DNA from: an uncultured Candidatus Saccharibacteria bacterium
GTDB taxonomy: Bacteria > Patescibacteriota > Minisyncoccia > GWC2-36-17 > CAYHJU01
Direction of reading: 5' to 3'
NCBI GenBank assembly: GCA_964357175.1
Contig: CAYHJU010000001.1
Location: 32,871-96,870, forward strand
DNA length: 64,000 bases
The position numbers and the translations under genes are program-made. Positions 20,562 to 30,742 of the stretch are shown here, piece after piece. The notes under the pieces are model-generated. The model had not been told where the DNA came from, ran no database searches, and saw only the letters and a list, made by a program, of their open reading frames with translations. Numbering within the stretch: the stretch's first letter is position 1; every line of letters starts with the position of its first letter.

Positions 20562-23054
20562 ATGAAAATTCTAAAATTCGGCGGCTCATCTGTCGCTAAT
20601 GCGGAAAATATCAATAAAGTTATTCAAATTGTAATGCAATCACCCAAAAGGCGAAACGATATCGTCGTTGTGTCGGCTCTTGGCGGTGTTACGGACGATC
20701 TTATAAGGCTTGCCACTCTTGCCTCAAAAGGAGAAAGCGATTACGGATTACTATTTAAAAATCTTTGCAAGAAACACAACGAGGTCATAAAAAAATTAAT
20801 TAAGACTAAGAATCAAAAACAGGCGCTTGAAGAAGCGAAGAAAAAATATGACGAATTAGAAAAAATATTACAAGGTATTTTTCTTATAAAAGAACTTTCA
20901 TTGCGTTCACTGGATACGGTCATGAGTTTTGGTGAGCAATTATCAGCGCAGATCATTGGCGAAGCGATAAATAGCCGAGGTGTTGCGTGTAAATTTGTAG
21001 ATGCCCGAAATCTTATCAAAACGGATGACAATTTTGGTTCGGCGAATGTAGATGCCTTAAAAACACATAAGCTCATTTCAAATTATTTTAAGAAAAGCTC
21101 CATGCTTTCCATAATGGGCGGATTTATCGCCTCAAATAGCTCGGGAATAGTTACCACGCTTGGTCGGGGCGGTTCTGACTACAGCGCGTCTTTGATAGGG
21201 GCGGCGCTCAACGCCGCTGTGATCGAAATTTGGACTGATGTTGATGGTGTAATGACAGCAGATCCCCGTAAGGTAGAAAAGGCGTTTCCTCTTGCAGAAA
21301 TATCCTATGAGGAAGCAGGAGAGCTTGCGCATTTTGGCGCAAAAGTCATACATCCAAAAACTATGAAGCCGGCGCGATTAAAAAACATTCCTATTCTTAT
21401 TAAAAACACATTCAATCCGCAGGCTATAGGCACTAAAATAGGCAAGGGGAAGATCGGGCAGGCCTTCGCCTCGCCGATCCGCATCACGCCGAAGGTTTCG
21501 GTAGGGCGAGAGTGGCTTCGGCCATGCGAGCAGGATTTTCTCATCAAAGGAATATCTTCATTGAGCAATGTTTCTTTATTGCGTCTGCAATCTAATAATG
21601 GCAAAAACATAGGTGAAATTACGGCACAATTATTTGACGCATTGTGTAGATTTGATATTGAGGTTTTGCTCACTACCCAGTCATCGCACGAACAAGCACT
21701 TTCCATAGCGTTAAGCAGTAAGGAGGCTCAAAGGGCAAAAAATATTATTGAGCGGGCGTTTGAATTGGAGTTGCAAACACGACAAATGCTGCCTGTTTCT
21801 ATAAAAGAAAATCTTTCAATAGTCGCCATTGTGGGTAAACAAATGAAGGGTGTGCCAGGCATTTCGGGAAGACTATTTAACACTTTGGGAAATAATAAAA
21901 TTAATATAGTTGCTATCGCTCAAGGGTCGTCTGAATTAAACGTGTCGGCTGTAATTGGCGCAGAAGATGAAACAAGAGCGCTTCAAGTGATTCACGAGGC
22001 ATTTTTTGGCGCGGCTGATGAGACTGTCAGTCTTTTTCTTGTGGGGACAGGATTGATTGGATCAACATTGCTTACGCAAATAAAAAAACAAGAATCACAA
22101 ATTCGTCTGCGTGGTTTGGCAAACAGCCGATTTATGTTATTTGATGGGCAGGGCATTTCATTAGAAAGTTGGGAAAAACTTTTGCCGCAAGGAAAATCAA
22201 TGAACGTACAGAATTTTGTTGCCCAAATGACTGAATTGAATTTACCAAGAAGCGTGTTTGTGGATTGTACTGCCAGCGATGACATTGCTTCCTTGTATGA
22301 AAAAATTATCAGTGCCGGTATTGCCATTGTTACTCCAAACAAAAAGGCAAACTCCGGACCGTTTATGAGGTATCAAAGATTAAGAAATTTAACTAAAAAA
22401 AATCACACACCATTTCTTTATCAAACAAATGTAGGCGCTGGACTCCCGATTATTCACAGCATACAAAATCTTATTTCAAGTGGAGACGAAATACTCAAAA
22501 TAGAAGGCGTGCTTTCCGGAACATTGAGTTACATATTCAATACATTTTCAAAGAGCGATAAATTATTTAGTCAAATTGTTTCTGATGCGCAAAACAAGGG
22601 ATATACCGAGCCAGATCCTCGAGATGATTTGGGCGGCATGGATGTTGCTCGTAAAATTCTTATTCTGGCACGAGAAATTGGCCTAAAAATGGAAATGGGG
22701 CAAGTGCGCATTGAACAATTGCTGTCAAAGGAGTGTCTAGGGGCTAATTCAGTTGATAAATTTTTTACTGCGCTTAAAAAACTCGATAGTAGTTTTGAAA
22801 AAAGAAAAAGACAAGCGCAAAAAAATAACAAAACATTACGCTACATAGCATCACTACAAAAAGGCGGGGCGAGAATTTCTTTGCAAGAAATTGGTCAAGA
22901 TCATCCATTTTTCCATCTTGAGGGCAATGACAACATTGTTTCCATAACAACAAAACGATATAGCGCAACTCCGCTAGTTATTAAAGGGCCTGGAGCCGGA
23001 GCCGAAGTAACTGCCGGTGGCGTATTAGCTGGCGTTCTTAGTATATTTAACTAA
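20562..23054 (+). CDS. thrA: Bifunctional aspartokinase/homoserine dehydrogenase
   Basis: KFGGSS, TLGRGGSDYSA, WTDVDG, ACT domains, GTGLIG, TEPDPRDDL.G.DVARK, GPGAG. Confidence 0.96.
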   Translation: MKILKFGGSSVANAENINKVIQIVMQSPKRRNDIVVVSALGGVTDDLIRLATLASKGESDYGLLFKNLCKKHNEVIKKLIKTKNQKQALEEAKKKYDELEKILQGIFLIKELSLRSLDTVMSFGEQLSAQIIGEAINSRGVACKFVDARNLIKTDDNFGSANVDALKTHKLISNYFKKSSMLSIMGGFIASNSSGIVTTLGRGGSDYSASLIGAALNAAVIEIWTDVDGVMTADPRKVEKAFPLAEISYEEAGELAHFGAKVIHPKTMKPARLKNIPILIKNTFNPQAIGTKIGKGKIGQAFASPIRITPKVSVGREWLRPCEQDFLIKGISSLSNVSLLRLQSNNGKNIGEITAQLFDALCRFDIEVLLTTQSSHEQALSIALSSKEAQRAKNIIERAFELELQTRQMLPVSIKENLSIVAIVGKQMKGVPGISGRLFNTLGNNKINIVAIAQGSSELNVSAVIGAEDETRALQVIHEAFFGAADETVSLFLVGTGLIGSTLLTQIKKQESQIRLRGLANSRFMLFDGQGISLESWEKLLPQGKSMNVQNFVAQMTELNLPRSVFVDCTASDDIASLYEKIISAGIAIVTPNKKANSGPFMRYQRLRNLTKKNHTPFLYQTNVGAGLPIIHSIQNLISSGDEILKIEGVLSGTLSYIFNTFSKSDKLFSQIVSDAQNKGYTEPDPRDDLGGMDVARKILILAREIGLKMEMGQVRIEQLLSKECLGANSVDKFFTALKKLDSSFEKRKRQAQKNNKTLRYIASLQKGGARISLQEIGQDHPFFHLEGNDNIVSITTKRYSATPLVIKGPGAGAEVTAGGVLAGVLSIFN

Positions 23055-23060
23055 TTTTTT

Positions 23061-24152
23061 ATGGCAAAAATAAGCAATAAAATTCCAGTCGGCATACTTG
23101 GCGCAACCGGTATGGTTGGACAGCGTTTTATTTCGTTGCTGAAAAATCATCCCTACTTTGAAGTGGCGTGTCTTGCCGCTTCAGAGAGATCAGCGGGTAA
23201 AATATATAAAGAAGCAGTTTTGGGGCGATGGGCGCAAAAAGAATCTATACCACGCAACGTGAGCATGATGATGGTATATTCTATTGAAAATGATATAGAC
23301 ACCATTGCGCAAAAAGCCCGTTTTGTATTTTCAGCAATAGACGCAGAAAAAGAATTTATTAAAAAAATAGAAGAGGCATATGCCTCACGCGGTCTCCCTG
23401 TCGTTTCTAACAACTCGGCTCACAGATGGACAGAAGATGTGCCGATGATTATGCCTGAAATAAATCCCCAGCATCTCAATATCATTAACGCGCAAAGAAA
23501 AAAACGTGGCTGGACGACAGGATTTATTATCACCAAACCAAATTGTTCAATTCAATCTTATGTCCCACTACTTCATGCGTGGAAAAACTTCAAGCCCCAG
23601 AAAGTAATCGTCTCCACGTATCAGGCAATTTCTGGTGCGGGCAAAACATTTAAAACTTGGCCGGAAATGATTGACAATGTTATTCCATATATTGGTGGGG
23701 AAGAAGAAAAGTCAGAAAAAGAACCATCAAAAATTTGGGCAAATATTAAAGAGGGTAAATTTGAAATGGCAAACACGCCACAAATTTCAGCAAATTGCAT
23801 ACGGGTTCCCGTTTCGGACGGACACATGGCGGCAATCAATATACAATTTGCGAAAAAGGCAGACAAGAAACAACTCATTGAAGCGCTAAAAAAATTTAAA
23901 AATCCTTTGGACGTCTTAAATTTACCTTCTGCTCCGAAACCGTTTTTAACTTATTTTGAGGAAAACAATCGGCCACAAACACGTCTTGATAGAGATTTAC
24001 ACGGTGGTATGGGAATCAGTGTTGGCCGTTTAAGAGAGGATTCCGTTTTGAGCTGGAAGTGTGTTGCTCTATCACATAACACTCTACGGGGCGCCGCAGG
24101 TGGTAGCGTGCTCAATGCAGAACTGTTGGTAAAGCTGGGTTATATAAAGTAG
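23061..24152 (+). CDS. asd: Aspartate-semialdehyde dehydrogenase
   Basis: GILGATGMVG, KPNCS, QAISGAG, SHNTLRGAAG. Confidence 0.95.
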   Translation: MAKISNKIPVGILGATGMVGQRFISLLKNHPYFEVACLAASERSAGKIYKEAVLGRWAQKESIPRNVSMMMVYSIENDIDTIAQKARFVFSAIDAEKEFIKKIEEAYASRGLPVVSNNSAHRWTEDVPMIMPEINPQHLNIINAQRKKRGWTTGFIITKPNCSIQSYVPLLHAWKNFKPQKVIVSTYQAISGAGKTFKTWPEMIDNVIPYIGGEEEKSEKEPSKIWANIKEGKFEMANTPQISANCIRVPVSDGHMAAINIQFAKKADKKQLIEALKKFKNPLDVLNLPSAPKPFLTYFEENNRPQTRLDRDLHGGMGISVGRLREDSVLSWKCVALSHNTLRGAAGGSVLNAELLVKLGYIK

Positions 24153-24157
24153 GGAAT

Positions 24158-24829
24158 ATGAAATTATCACAAAAACAATTTGATCAATTGTTGCAAAAAA
24201 ATAAATTGGTACTGAGCTTAATCGGCATGTCTAATATCGGCAAAACCCATTGGTCAAAAAAACTTACCAAGATTAATTTTAAGCACATCAATTGTGATGA
24301 TCTTGTTGAAGCAAAACTTGCCCTTGAGCTTAAAGCGTGCGGGCATTCTGGCATTAAGGACGTGTCTTTGTGGATGGGCCAGCCTTACGACAAAAGATTC
24401 CTCGTTTGCCAACAAAAATATTTGAAATTTGAAAAAGAGGTAATGAAACAAATATTTATGCAGATTGAGAGTAAAAAAGGACAAAATATTGTTATTGATA
24501 CGACCGGTAGTTTTGTGCACGCTGGCACTAGCGCGTGTTCTCAATTAAAAAAACATACGCTGGTGATCTATATTGAGGCGAGGGATTCTGTGAAGGAGAA
24601 AATGTTTGAACGATATATCAAAAAACCAAAGCCCGTTGTATTTGGAGATGTTTTTGCTCCAAAAAAGGGAGAAACAAATAAGCGGGCTCTTAAAAGATGT
24701 TATTTGAAATTGCTTGATCTGCGCAGTAATCTATATGATCAATGCGCGGATATTAGTATCTCTTGTGAAATTATCAGCCAAGATATGGACGCCAAACAAT
24801 TTATTTCACTAATAAGAAAATCTTTATGA
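24158..24829 (+). CDS. Shikimate/NMP-kinase-like P-loop protein in the thrB position
   Basis: LIGMSNIGKT Walker A, CDD, VIDTTGS; stop overlaps thrC start (ATGA). Confidence 0.75.
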   Translation: MKLSQKQFDQLLQKNKLVLSLIGMSNIGKTHWSKKLTKINFKHINCDDLVEAKLALELKACGHSGIKDVSLWMGQPYDKRFLVCQQKYLKFEKEVMKQIFMQIESKKGQNIVIDTTGSFVHAGTSACSQLKKHTLVIYIEARDSVKEKMFERYIKKPKPVVFGDVFAPKKGETNKRALKRCYLKLLDLRSNLYDQCADISISCEIISQDMDAKQFISLIRKSL

Positions 24830-26124
24830 AATTTTATAGCACGAAACACAGTGGCCCAGAAGTTGAGCTGAAAGAGGCTGTAATGAGCGGCCTTGCTCCG
24901 GATGGGGGCCTATATATGCCGAGCGCTATACCAAAGCTTGAGAGTGATTTTTTTGAGCAGGCAGACAAAATGTCTTTTATGGACATCGCTTTTGAGGTGG
25001 GCGAGCGTTTTTTTGCTCCGGATGTGCCGGAGGGCATTCTGCGCCCTATCATCAATGAGTCGTTTAATTTCGAAGTGCCTCTTGTGGAATTGGATAAAAA
25101 TCTTCACGTGCTGGAATTATTTCATGGCCCTACACTTGCGTTTAAAGATTTTGGCGCTCGTTTTATGGCGCGCTTGCTCGGTTATTTTGCGCGACAATCC
25201 CAAAAGAAAATAACGATACTTGTTGCGACATCAGGAGATACAGGAGGCGCGGTCGCGCATGGATTTTTTAATGTAGACGGCATTCAGGTGGTTATTTTGT
25301 ATCCCAGTAAAAAAGTTAGCGCTTTACAAGAAAAACAATTAACAACTATGGGCGGAAACATCAGGGCGCTTGAAGTTCAGGGAAATTTTGATGATTGTCA
25401 ACAAATGGCGAAACAGGCCTTTCTTGACGAAGATCTAAAACAAGCCATGATGCTGGTCTCGGCAAACTCTATTAACATCGCGCGCTTGTTGCCTCAATCA
25501 TTCTATTTTGTTTATCTTTGCGCAAAATTAAACAAACTGGGCAAACCAATCGTAGCTTCTGTTCCTAGTGGCAATTTTGGCAATCTGAGCGCCGGACTTA
25601 TTGCCAAAAAGATGGGCGCGCCGATTCATAAATTTGTCGCCTCAACAAATCGAAATGACATAGTGCCACAATATTTAAAAACAGGCCATTTTGAGGCCAG
25701 ATCGTCTGTTTCCACCATTTCTAATGCCATGGATGTCGGTAATCCAAGCAATTTTGCAAGGATGCTGGAATTATACGACTCTAATGTTGAGAAAATGAAG
25801 CATGACGTATACGGTGTAAGTTTTTCGGACACACAGACAAAAGAAGCGATGGCAGAAGTGTTCAAGAAGTATAATTATATAATGGATCCTCACGGGGCAG
25901 TCGCGTATTTGGGCCTTTGCGATTATCTAAAAAGCTCCGATGAATCTTCGGGAGTGTTTTTGGAAACCGCTCATCCCGCAAAATTTTCTGATATTGTAGA
26001 GCAAGCCATTGGCGTGGCACCACCCATGCTAGACAGGCTCAAGGCATATCTTAGTCGTGAAAAACAATCAACTTTGATAGAGAATAAATTTTCTGACCTA
26101 AAAGAATTTCTTCTGAATCAATAA
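24826..26124 (+). CDS. thrC: Threonine synthase
   Basis: GLAPDGGLY, ELFHGPTLAFKDFG, ATSGDTG, VPSGNFGN, ETAHPAKF. Confidence 0.96.
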   Translation: MKFYSTKHSGPEVELKEAVMSGLAPDGGLYMPSAIPKLESDFFEQADKMSFMDIAFEVGERFFAPDVPEGILRPIINESFNFEVPLVELDKNLHVLELFHGPTLAFKDFGARFMARLLGYFARQSQKKITILVATSGDTGGAVAHGFFNVDGIQVVILYPSKKVSALQEKQLTTMGGNIRALEVQGNFDDCQQMAKQAFLDEDLKQAMMLVSANSINIARLLPQSFYFVYLCAKLNKLGKPIVASVPSGNFGNLSAGLIAKKMGAPIHKFVASTNRNDIVPQYLKTGHFEARSSVSTISNAMDVGNPSNFARMLELYDSNVEKMKHDVYGVSFSDTQTKEAMAEVFKKYNYIMDPHGAVAYLGLCDYLKSSDESSGVFLETAHPAKFSDIVEQAIGVAPPMLDRLKAYLSREKQSTLIENKFSDLKEFLLNQ

Positions 26125-26304
26125 ATACGATGCGAGAAAATATGATCGGCTGGTTTTGTGCATAATTTTTTGTTAAAATATGTTTGAATGTGATTGTAAG
26201 GTCGCATTAAATTCTGACAGACCATTTGCAACATTTTTAAAAATCTAATAATATAGGAGCAGACGACAGCTCCTTAAAATTTAAAAATCAAGCGGAGAAA
26301 AACC

Positions 26305-27027
26305 ATGACAAACGAAAAACCAAGCGTAAAAATAGTCGTAATGTTTATGGGAAAACCGGGGGCCGGAAAAGGCACCCAGGCAGATTCTTTGGTTGAAAAA
26401 TATGGACTTGTACATTTTAATACCGGTGATGAAATTCGTCACAGAGTTTACAGCCCTCAAAACGAAGAAGATGAAAAAGAGCGTGATCTTTACAATTCTG
26501 GTCAATTAAACAGTTTTCCGTGGGTAGCAAAACTGGTAACGGAAAATTCTCACAAATATTTTGAAGAAGGTGGGGGGTTGGTTTTTTCTGGATCTCCTAG
26601 GTCTTTGTATGAAGCTGAAATATTGATTCCTCAACTAATTAGTGATTATGGAAAAGAAAGCGTTGTGGTTATTCTGCTTGACGTAGATGATGAGGACTCG
26701 GTAATCAGAAATTCTAAGCGCATTACTTGTGACAAGTGCGGGTTTACCATGGGACTAACTCAAGCCATGGAAGATGGGATTGAGCCGACACCAACACAGT
26801 GTCCAAAATGCGGCGGCATGCTAATCAAAAGAGTTTTAGACAGCGAGGAAAAAATTCGCAACGAACGTTTGCCTGCCTACAAAAAAAACACCGAGCCGGT
26901 GCTGGACTATATGCGTCAGCAGGGAATTTTGCGAGAAGTAGATGGTCGTCCATCTCAAGAAACCGTTTATCTCAAGGTTTTGGAAATCGTTTCTCCCATG
27001 GCAGAAAAGTTCGAGCTTAAGGATTAA
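26305..27027 (+). CDS. adk: Adenylate kinase (Zn-lid type)
   Basis: GKPGAGKGTQ, GSPR, CxxC...CxxC lid; next to map. Confidence 0.85.
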   Translation: MTNEKPSVKIVVMFMGKPGAGKGTQADSLVEKYGLVHFNTGDEIRHRVYSPQNEEDEKERDLYNSGQLNSFPWVAKLVTENSHKYFEEGGGLVFSGSPRSLYEAEILIPQLISDYGKESVVVILLDVDDEDSVIRNSKRITCDKCGFTMGLTQAMEDGIEPTPTQCPKCGGMLIKRVLDSEEKIRNERLPAYKKNTEPVLDYMRQQGILREVDGRPSQETVYLKVLEIVSPMAEKFELKD

Positions 27028-27088
27028 TTTGCCAATTTTGTTAAGAAAAACTATAATAAAACCACTCTTTATGGGGTGGTTTTTTCAT

Positions 27089-27856
27089 ATGGCATATTCT
27101 ATTAAATCGTCAAAAGATATAGAAATTTTAAAAGAGGGAGGAAAAATTCTGGCCCATGTTTTGGATATTTTAGAAAAAGCATCAGAACCAGGAATGACCA
27201 CCATGGAATTAAATATGCTTACAGAAAAAGAAATTAAAATTTGCGGTGGCAAGCCGTCATTTTTAAATTATCGCGCTCCCGGAGCGGAGGGCCGTAGATT
27301 TCCCGCGGCGCTGTGCACCTCTTTAAATTCAGAGGTCGTGCATGGGGTGCCTTCCGGCTATGTTTTAAAAGAAGGCGATCTTTTAAAAATTGACTGCGGA
27401 TTGTGGTTTAAAAATTTATGTACTGATTCGGCTCGCACAGTTTTTATTGGGCAAAATCCCGACCCAAAATCACAAAAACTTATTAACGTCACCCGCGAAT
27501 CTTTAATGCTGGGAATTCAAGGGGCGCTGGAAGGCAACAGGATGGGGGATATCGGCTGGGCGATTGAAAGCCATCTTCAAAAAAACGGATTTTCTGTTAT
27601 TAAAGAGTTGGTGGGACATGGGGTCGGATATAGCGTGCACGAAGATCCTAATGTTCCAAATTACGGCTCAAAAGGCAAGGGTCTTTTATTAAAAGAGGGC
27701 ATGGTTTTAGCGATAGAGCCAATGGCGAGCGAGGGCGGATCTTCTATACGACTGGGAGGCCCTTTTGAATTTGTGACAGCAGACAATTCTCGCGCGGCGC
27801 ACTTTGAGCATACAATAGCCATCACTAAAAAGGGTCCTGTGATACTAACACAATAA
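27089..27856 (+). CDS. map: Methionine aminopeptidase type I
   Basis: CTSLNSEVVHGVP, D..K.D, DSART, GHGVG...HEDP, AIEPM, AHFEHT; ATG 27089 preferred. Confidence 0.95.
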   Translation: MAYSIKSSKDIEILKEGGKILAHVLDILEKASEPGMTTMELNMLTEKEIKICGGKPSFLNYRAPGAEGRRFPAALCTSLNSEVVHGVPSGYVLKEGDLLKIDCGLWFKNLCTDSARTVFIGQNPDPKSQKLINVTRESLMLGIQGALEGNRMGDIGWAIESHLQKNGFSVIKELVGHGVGYSVHEDPNVPNYGSKGKGLLLKEGMVLAIEPMASEGGSSIRLGGPFEFVTADNSRAAHFEHTIAITKKGPVILTQ

Positions 27857-27859
27857 AAT

Positions 27860-28249
27860 ATGGTAGAAAAATTAAAAAAATATTTAGGTATTGATTTTGG
27901 CTCAAAAAGAATTGGCCTGGCCTTGGCAGATGAAAAAAATCGAATAGCAACGCCATTTGAAGTTTATGAAAATGGCGATGATGTCATCGGAAAAATAATA
28001 GATCTCTGCTTAGAGGAAAATATTGTAAAAATTATAGTAGGCATACCGCTCAATTTTAAAATGAAAAAAACCCAGCAGTCGTTTGAAGTTGAAAAGTTCA
28101 TCCAAGAACTTCAAGGGGCCGTTTCTTGTCCTATAGAAACGGAAAATGAAATATTTACTTCAAAAATTTCAGAAAGAGGCAAAAACAAGAAAATAGACTC
28201 TTCCTCTGCCGCGCTAATACTTCAGAGTTGGCTGGATAAAAAAAGATAA
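27860..28249 (+). CDS. ruvX: YqgF/RuvX family nuclease
   Basis: LGIDFGSKRIGLA, IVGIP, NE.FTS, DS.SAALILQ. Confidence 0.9.
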   Translation: MVEKLKKYLGIDFGSKRIGLALADEKNRIATPFEVYENGDDVIGKIIDLCLEENIVKIIVGIPLNFKMKKTQQSFEVEKFIQELQGAVSCPIETENEIFTSKISERGKNKKIDSSSAALILQSWLDKKR

Positions 28250-28310
28250 AATCGGCGCTTATTTATGTTATAATTTCTATATAATAAATATCAAAATAGC
28301 ACTATTAAAT

Positions 28311-29060
28311 ATGGATGGAAAAATATTTTTATCAATAATCATTCCCGCCTACAAAGAAAGTAAGCGTATTGGGTCAACTTTGTCAGAGATAAAAAACTAT
28401 GTGGATTCCAAAGACTATGTATCGGAGGTTTTGGTGGTGGTTGACGGTTCTCCTGACGACACCGCCGAAGTGGCAAAAAGTTATGCTGATAAAATTAAAA
28501 ACTTCAGGGTGTTTAATAATCCGCAAAACCACGGTAAGGGCTATGTGGTCAGACAGGGCCTTCTTGAGGCAAAAGGAGAGGCGCGCTTGTTTTTAGATGC
28601 GGACGGATCAACCTCAATATCTCATTTAGATCCGTTTTTAGAAGAAATGAAGAAGGGCTGCGACGTTATCATTGGCTCTAGAAAAATTAAGGATGCCTAT
28701 ATTCAGATTCACCAACCATTTTTTCGAGAAGTCATGGGTAGCGCGGGGAATTGGCTCATAAGAATAGTTTTGGGACTTTGGAATTATCCTGACACCCAAT
28801 GTGGATTTAAATTACTTAGCGGCAGGGCGGCTGAGGCAATAGCTGGTCGTATGGTGGTGGATCGTTTTGGATTTGATTTTGAACTTTTGGTTTTGGCTAA
28901 AAAATTAGGATTTAAAATAAAACAGATGCCTATTCGGTGGCTCAACGAAGAGGGCTCCACCGTGGGGCTCACAGGACCCAACGGATTTATTCAGGTTTTA
29001 GTAGATCTTTTTAAAACCAGGGCGCGGCTTTGTCTTGGCAAATACCACTTGAATAAATAA
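28311..29060 (+). CDS. GT2 glycosyltransferase (polyprenol-phosphate glycosyltransferase-like)
   Basis: IIIPAY.E, VVDGSPD, N.GKG, DADGS, DTQCGFK. Confidence 0.88.
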   Translation: MDGKIFLSIIIPAYKESKRIGSTLSEIKNYVDSKDYVSEVLVVVDGSPDDTAEVAKSYADKIKNFRVFNNPQNHGKGYVVRQGLLEAKGEARLFLDADGSTSISHLDPFLEEMKKGCDVIIGSRKIKDAYIQIHQPFFREVMGSAGNWLIRIVLGLWNYPDTQCGFKLLSGRAAEAIAGRMVVDRFGFDFELLVLAKKLGFKIKQMPIRWLNEEGSTVGLTGPNGFIQVLVDLFKTRARLCLGKYHLNK

Positions 29061-29078
29061 TAGGCAGATTCCATTTAA

Positions 29079-30110
29079 ATGAAAAAACTTGATATAAAAA
29101 ACAGTTTGGGACAAATTTCTGAGTTAAGAAAAGACCTAGTATCGGGAAGCTGGGTTATTATTGCCCCCAAAAGAACACAACGCCCATTCAATTTTAAGGG
29201 GGTGCCTGTATTTAAACGATTAAAAAATTCTATCAAAAATTGTCCGTTTGAAGATCCACAGCTTTCCGGACACGAAGCGCCATCCTTGATTTTAAAAAGC
29301 GATAAAAATAAAAATCAATGGGCAATTCAGGTAGTAAAAAATAAATATCCGGCATTAGATGGTGGCACACAAAAGATAAAACACGATGGACCCTATGAAT
29401 TTAAAGACGGTATCGGGGTTCATGAAATCGTCATTTTAAAAGATCATAATAAAAATTTATACCAGCTTTCCGTCGGTCAGGTGGGTGAGCTTGTCAGGGC
29501 TTATGTCTTGCGTTATCAGGAGCTGTCTCTTCTTCCTTATATCTCCTACATTTCCATTTTTCACAACAGCGGTCCGAGTGCGGGCGCCTCAATTGAACAT
29601 CCGCACTCGCAAATTATGGCGCTACCTATCATTCCTCCTGATGTAGGGCGTAGTATCCGCGGTTCTTTAAATTTTCACCGCAAAACGAGAAAATGCGTGC
29701 ATTGCGTTATGATTGATTTTGAAAAAAAATCAAAAAAGCGCGTAGTTTTTGAAAATAAAAAGTTTATAGCATTCGCGCCTTTTGCTTCAAATCAATCATT
29801 TGAAGTGAGGATTTTCCCTAAAAAACACTCTCCGCAGTTTGAATTTATGAGCGCGGAAGATATTAAATATTTTTCCGATATTTTAAGCGCGGTGCTTAAA
29901 AAAATCAGCAAAGCCCTAGGTGGTCCGGATTACAATTTTTTTATTCACACCGCACCTGTTGCCGCGTTTTATTACACGCATTATCATTGGCATTTGGAGA
30001 TTTTACCTAAAAGGGGGACCTATGCCGGACTGGAGCTTAGTACGGATGTTATTATTGTCTCTATCTCGCCCGAGGATGCCGCTAAAATTTTAAAAAATAC
30101 CAAAATATGA
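29079..30110 (+). CDS. galT: Galactose-1-phosphate uridylyltransferase family
   Basis: ELRKD, CPF, NKYPAL, GASIEHPHSQ, YHWHLE. Confidence 0.88.
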   Translation: MKKLDIKNSLGQISELRKDLVSGSWVIIAPKRTQRPFNFKGVPVFKRLKNSIKNCPFEDPQLSGHEAPSLILKSDKNKNQWAIQVVKNKYPALDGGTQKIKHDGPYEFKDGIGVHEIVILKDHNKNLYQLSVGQVGELVRAYVLRYQELSLLPYISYISIFHNSGPSAGASIEHPHSQIMALPIIPPDVGRSIRGSLNFHRKTRKCVHCVMIDFEKKSKKRVVFENKKFIAFAPFASNQSFEVRIFPKKHSPQFEFMSAEDIKYFSDILSAVLKKISKALGGPDYNFFIHTAPVAAFYYTHYHWHLEILPKRGTYAGLELSTDVIIVSISPEDAAKILKNTKI

Positions 30111-30742
30111 TCAGTCAAATCGTAGGGTCAATAAGCAGTTTTGCTTTATATGTTATAGATTCGATGGGATATTTTGGGGTGTTTTTATTGATGGCGCTGG
30201 AAAGTTTTAATATTCCGATACCCTCGGAAGTCATTATGCCGTTTGCTGGTTTTTTAGCCGCCAAGGGCTCGATGTCTTTTTGGTGGGTGGTGGCCTTGGG
30301 AGTCGTTGGTAATTTGGTGGGTTCAATATTCAATTATTATCTGGGATATTTTGGCGGCAGATCTTTTTTGATAAAATTTGGTAAATATTTTTTTGTTCAT
30401 GAAAAAGACTTAGTGTTGGCCGACAAGTGGTTTGCCAGGTTTGGTTTGCGCGCAGTATTTTTTAGCCGCATGTTGCCTGTTATCAGAACTTTTATATCCT
30501 TGCCAGCCGGCATAACAAAAGTTCCATTTATCAAATTTGCTACCTATACTTTTTTGGGCGTTATACCTTGGAGCATAGCCTTGACCTATGTGGGATTTTA
30601 TTTAGGAGAGCGTTGGGATGTCTTGCATGTTTGGTTTCAAAAACTGGACTGGCTGATTGTAGTCGCGATAATATTGGCAATTTTGTGGTGGATTTTTAAG
30701 CATAGAAAATTTATTCATAATGTTGAAAAAAATGAAAAATAA
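30107..30742 (+). CDS. dedA: DedA family membrane protein
   Basis: LES..IPIPSE..MPFAG, R.LP.IRTFISLPAG. Confidence 0.92.
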   Translation: MISQIVGSISSFALYVIDSMGYFGVFLLMALESFNIPIPSEVIMPFAGFLAAKGSMSFWWVVALGVVGNLVGSIFNYYLGYFGGRSFLIKFGKYFFVHEKDLVLADKWFARFGLRAVFFSRMLPVIRTFISLPAGITKVPFIKFATYTFLGVIPWSIALTYVGFYLGERWDVLHVWFQKLDWLIVVAIILAILWWIFKHRKFIHNVEKNEK

